A stretch of DNA of 64,000 nucleotides, taken from an uncultured archaeon (GTDB lineage Archaea > Asgardarchaeota > Lokiarchaeia > Sigyniarchaeales > SOKP01). Made by a program: the position numbers and the translations under genes. Below, piece by piece: positions 62,301 to 64,000 of this stretch (position 1 is its first letter; each line of letters begins with the position of its first letter). The notes beneath the pieces are model-generated. The model did no database searches. It was given only the letters and a program-made list of their open reading frames with translations, and had not been told where the DNA came from. The stretch covers positions 32,001 through 96,000 of the forward strand of contig CAYUTF010000002.1 of the NCBI GenBank assembly GCA_964447495.1. The letters run 5' to 3'.

Positions 62301-63611
62301 TTACGCATCAAGGTTTTCAAGTAGTATAGCAACGCCCTGTCCACCACCACAACAGGCGTTTGCAACTCCATATTTCGCTTTTTTCTCCTTAAGAATGCGA
62401 GCTAATGTACCTGGTAATCGTACCATTGTAGAGCCTAATGGATGACCTATCGCTGTTGCACCTCCCTTGATGTTAACTTTCTCTTCAGGAATGTTGAAGT
62501 AATGCATGCATCCAAGTGTGACAATACAAAAAGCTTCGTTTATTTCCCAGAAATCAATTTGATCTGCTTTTAATCCAGCATGTTTTAAAGCCATTTCTGT
62601 TGCGGGTATTGGTCCCCATCCCATAATAGTAGGATCAACACCTGCCCATCCTATACTGACGACTTTAGCCATTGGTTCAAGTCCCCGCTTTTTAGCTTCC
62701 CCCGCTTCCATTAATACTGCTGCTGTAGCCCCAGCATTTAAAGGACTAGAATTACCTGCTGTTATGACTCCTTCTTTCGTTCCTTCTCTCTCAAGATATC
62801 CTTCCTTACCCCCAATATCCACACCTTTCCAATTCTTTTTGAGATAGAAAGGTTTTGAAAGTCTTCTCAATGCTGCAACTTTTTCTAGAACAGATTTTCT
62901 AGCAGCCATATCTTTAGTTATCATCATTTTCTCATCAGGATTGCCTTCAGCATGTCCTTCAATGGGGATGATTTCACCATCAAACCATCCTTTTTCTTGA
63001 TTTTCAACCGTTAGGTTATGACTTCTTACTCCAAACTTATCTAAATCTTCTTTAATAAACGCAGGAGTAATATATTCATATAATTTTTGAGCTGTCTGCA
63101 ACATGTTTGTAGTGGTAAGTAAATCATATTCTGGTCGATACCATATACTATTTTTATTTATCATCAATAAGTTAGGTTTAATATGCGGATTATTTTTTAA
63201 ATCCATACCTACACGAGTCATATGTTCAAAACCGGTGGCTAATGTGCATTTACTATATCCACACATGATTTCCATAGCACCTACATGAAATCCGCTACCT
63301 GCAGAACCACATTGTCTATCAACACATAATCCAGGAACAGTCACAGGAAAGCTTGCCATAAAAAGGGGTAAGCGACCCCCATAGGTCCAATTCTCTCCTA
63401 CAGCCATCGCTGATCCAATAGTGTATTCATCAATATCTTTTTTTTCAATGCCTTTATCTGCTAATTTTTCATCAAAAAATTTCATTAATAAATGAGCCAT
63501 TAGTTCATCTGCACGTTGATCACCAAAAACATCTCGTTCAGGAGTATCTGGTCTTGAACGAGAAAAAGCAGTGCGTGCATAATCAATAAGCCATACTTCT
63601 TTTGTTTCCAT
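62301..63611 (-). CDS. Acetyl-CoA acetyltransferase (thiolase)
   Basis: RQCGS, TAGNSS, EINEAF, GHPLG, CCGGGQG. Confidence 0.93.
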   Translation of the reverse strand: METKEVWLIDYARTAFSRSRPDTPERDVFGDQRADELMAHLLMKFFDEKLADKGIEKKDIDEYTIGSAMAVGENWTYGGRLPLFMASFPVTVPGLCVDRQCGSAGSGFHVGAMEIMCGYSKCTLATGFEHMTRVGMDLKNNPHIKPNLLMINKNSIWYRPEYDLLTTTNMLQTAQKLYEYITPAFIKEDLDKFGVRSHNLTVENQEKGWFDGEIIPIEGHAEGNPDEKMMITKDMAARKSVLEKVAALRRLSKPFYLKKNWKGVDIGGKEGYLEREGTKEGVITAGNSSPLNAGATAAVLMEAGEAKKRGLEPMAKVVSIGWAGVDPTIMGWGPIPATEMALKHAGLKADQIDFWEINEAFCIVTLGCMHYFNIPEEKVNIKGGATAIGHPLGSTMVRLPGTLARILKEKKAKYGVANACCGGGQGVAILLENLDA

Positions 63612-63820
63612 ATTAGATTTTACCTCAATATTTTGAATGAATTTTTAATTTATTTCGAATAAGATTTTATTCTAGCTTAAGAAATCGTAAAAATATATTA
63701 AAGTTTTTGATAAAATAGAGTCTAGAGATACACAAACAAGTTAGCATTTTTGAAAATAAATAACGCGATTATGTTGTTTTTTTAGAATTATTTTTATTTT
63801 TAGAAAATTTAAGATAAAAT

Positions 63821-64000
63821 ATGACCATTTCGCATGGAGAAAAAAATCATAACGCATTAATTTCTATAATTGCTGGTAGTACTTCAGATAAAGAAGTATA
63901 TGGAAAAGCTGAAGAAGTTTTAAAAGAGAATAAAATTGCTTATGATTTACAAATTATTTCCGCTCATCGTGATCCAGATAAACTTGATAAATATTTAAAA
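63821..64000 (+). CDS. purE: PurE-family AIR carboxylase/mutase, N-terminal part (runs off window)
   Basis: IIAGSTSD...IISAHRDPDKL read from ATG 63821. Confidence 0.85.
   Translation, partial: MTISHGEKNHNALISIIAGSTSDKEVYGKAEEVLKENKIAYDLQIISAHRDPDKLDKYLK

Noticed and set aside
1-64000. CRISPR arrays, tRNA/rRNA genes, IS elements, endA or rtcB genes
   Set aside because: None recognised by eye; splicing enzymes would have to be encoded outside this window.

Overview
AT-rich archaeal chromosomal window. Its gene content points to an Asgard archaeon, probably Lokiarchaeia (inference): tandem roadblock protein, three Rpn11/CSN5-like MPN proteins, PAC2 chaperone, SIR2-TPR protein, minimal IscSU and SufCB Fe-S systems. 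I recognised no rRNA, tRNA, CRISPR array or transposase. The main result is three tiny (30-32 nt) insertions interrupting two AAA+ ATPase genes: one in a chelatase-type AAA+/vWA gene (12647-12678) and two in a MoxR-like gene (50983-51012, 50689-50718). Each folds with its flanks into a bulge-helix-bulge (BHB) or relaxed BHB motif. Cutting at the canonical tRNA-splicing-endonuclease positions restores conserved protein motifs exactly (NPEEGELRPQ, RGHPQLTEEKL, GTFELSQPFLDRF). They look like mRNA micro-introns spliced by the tRNA splicing machinery. Other points: an MPN cluster with one likely catalytically impaired member, an HgcAB-like fusion with a variant cap motif, several small ORFs missed by the track, a duplicated 17-bp palindrome, possible CTG/ATT start codons and one real transporter pseudogene. 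All structures and alignments were read by eye, not computed.
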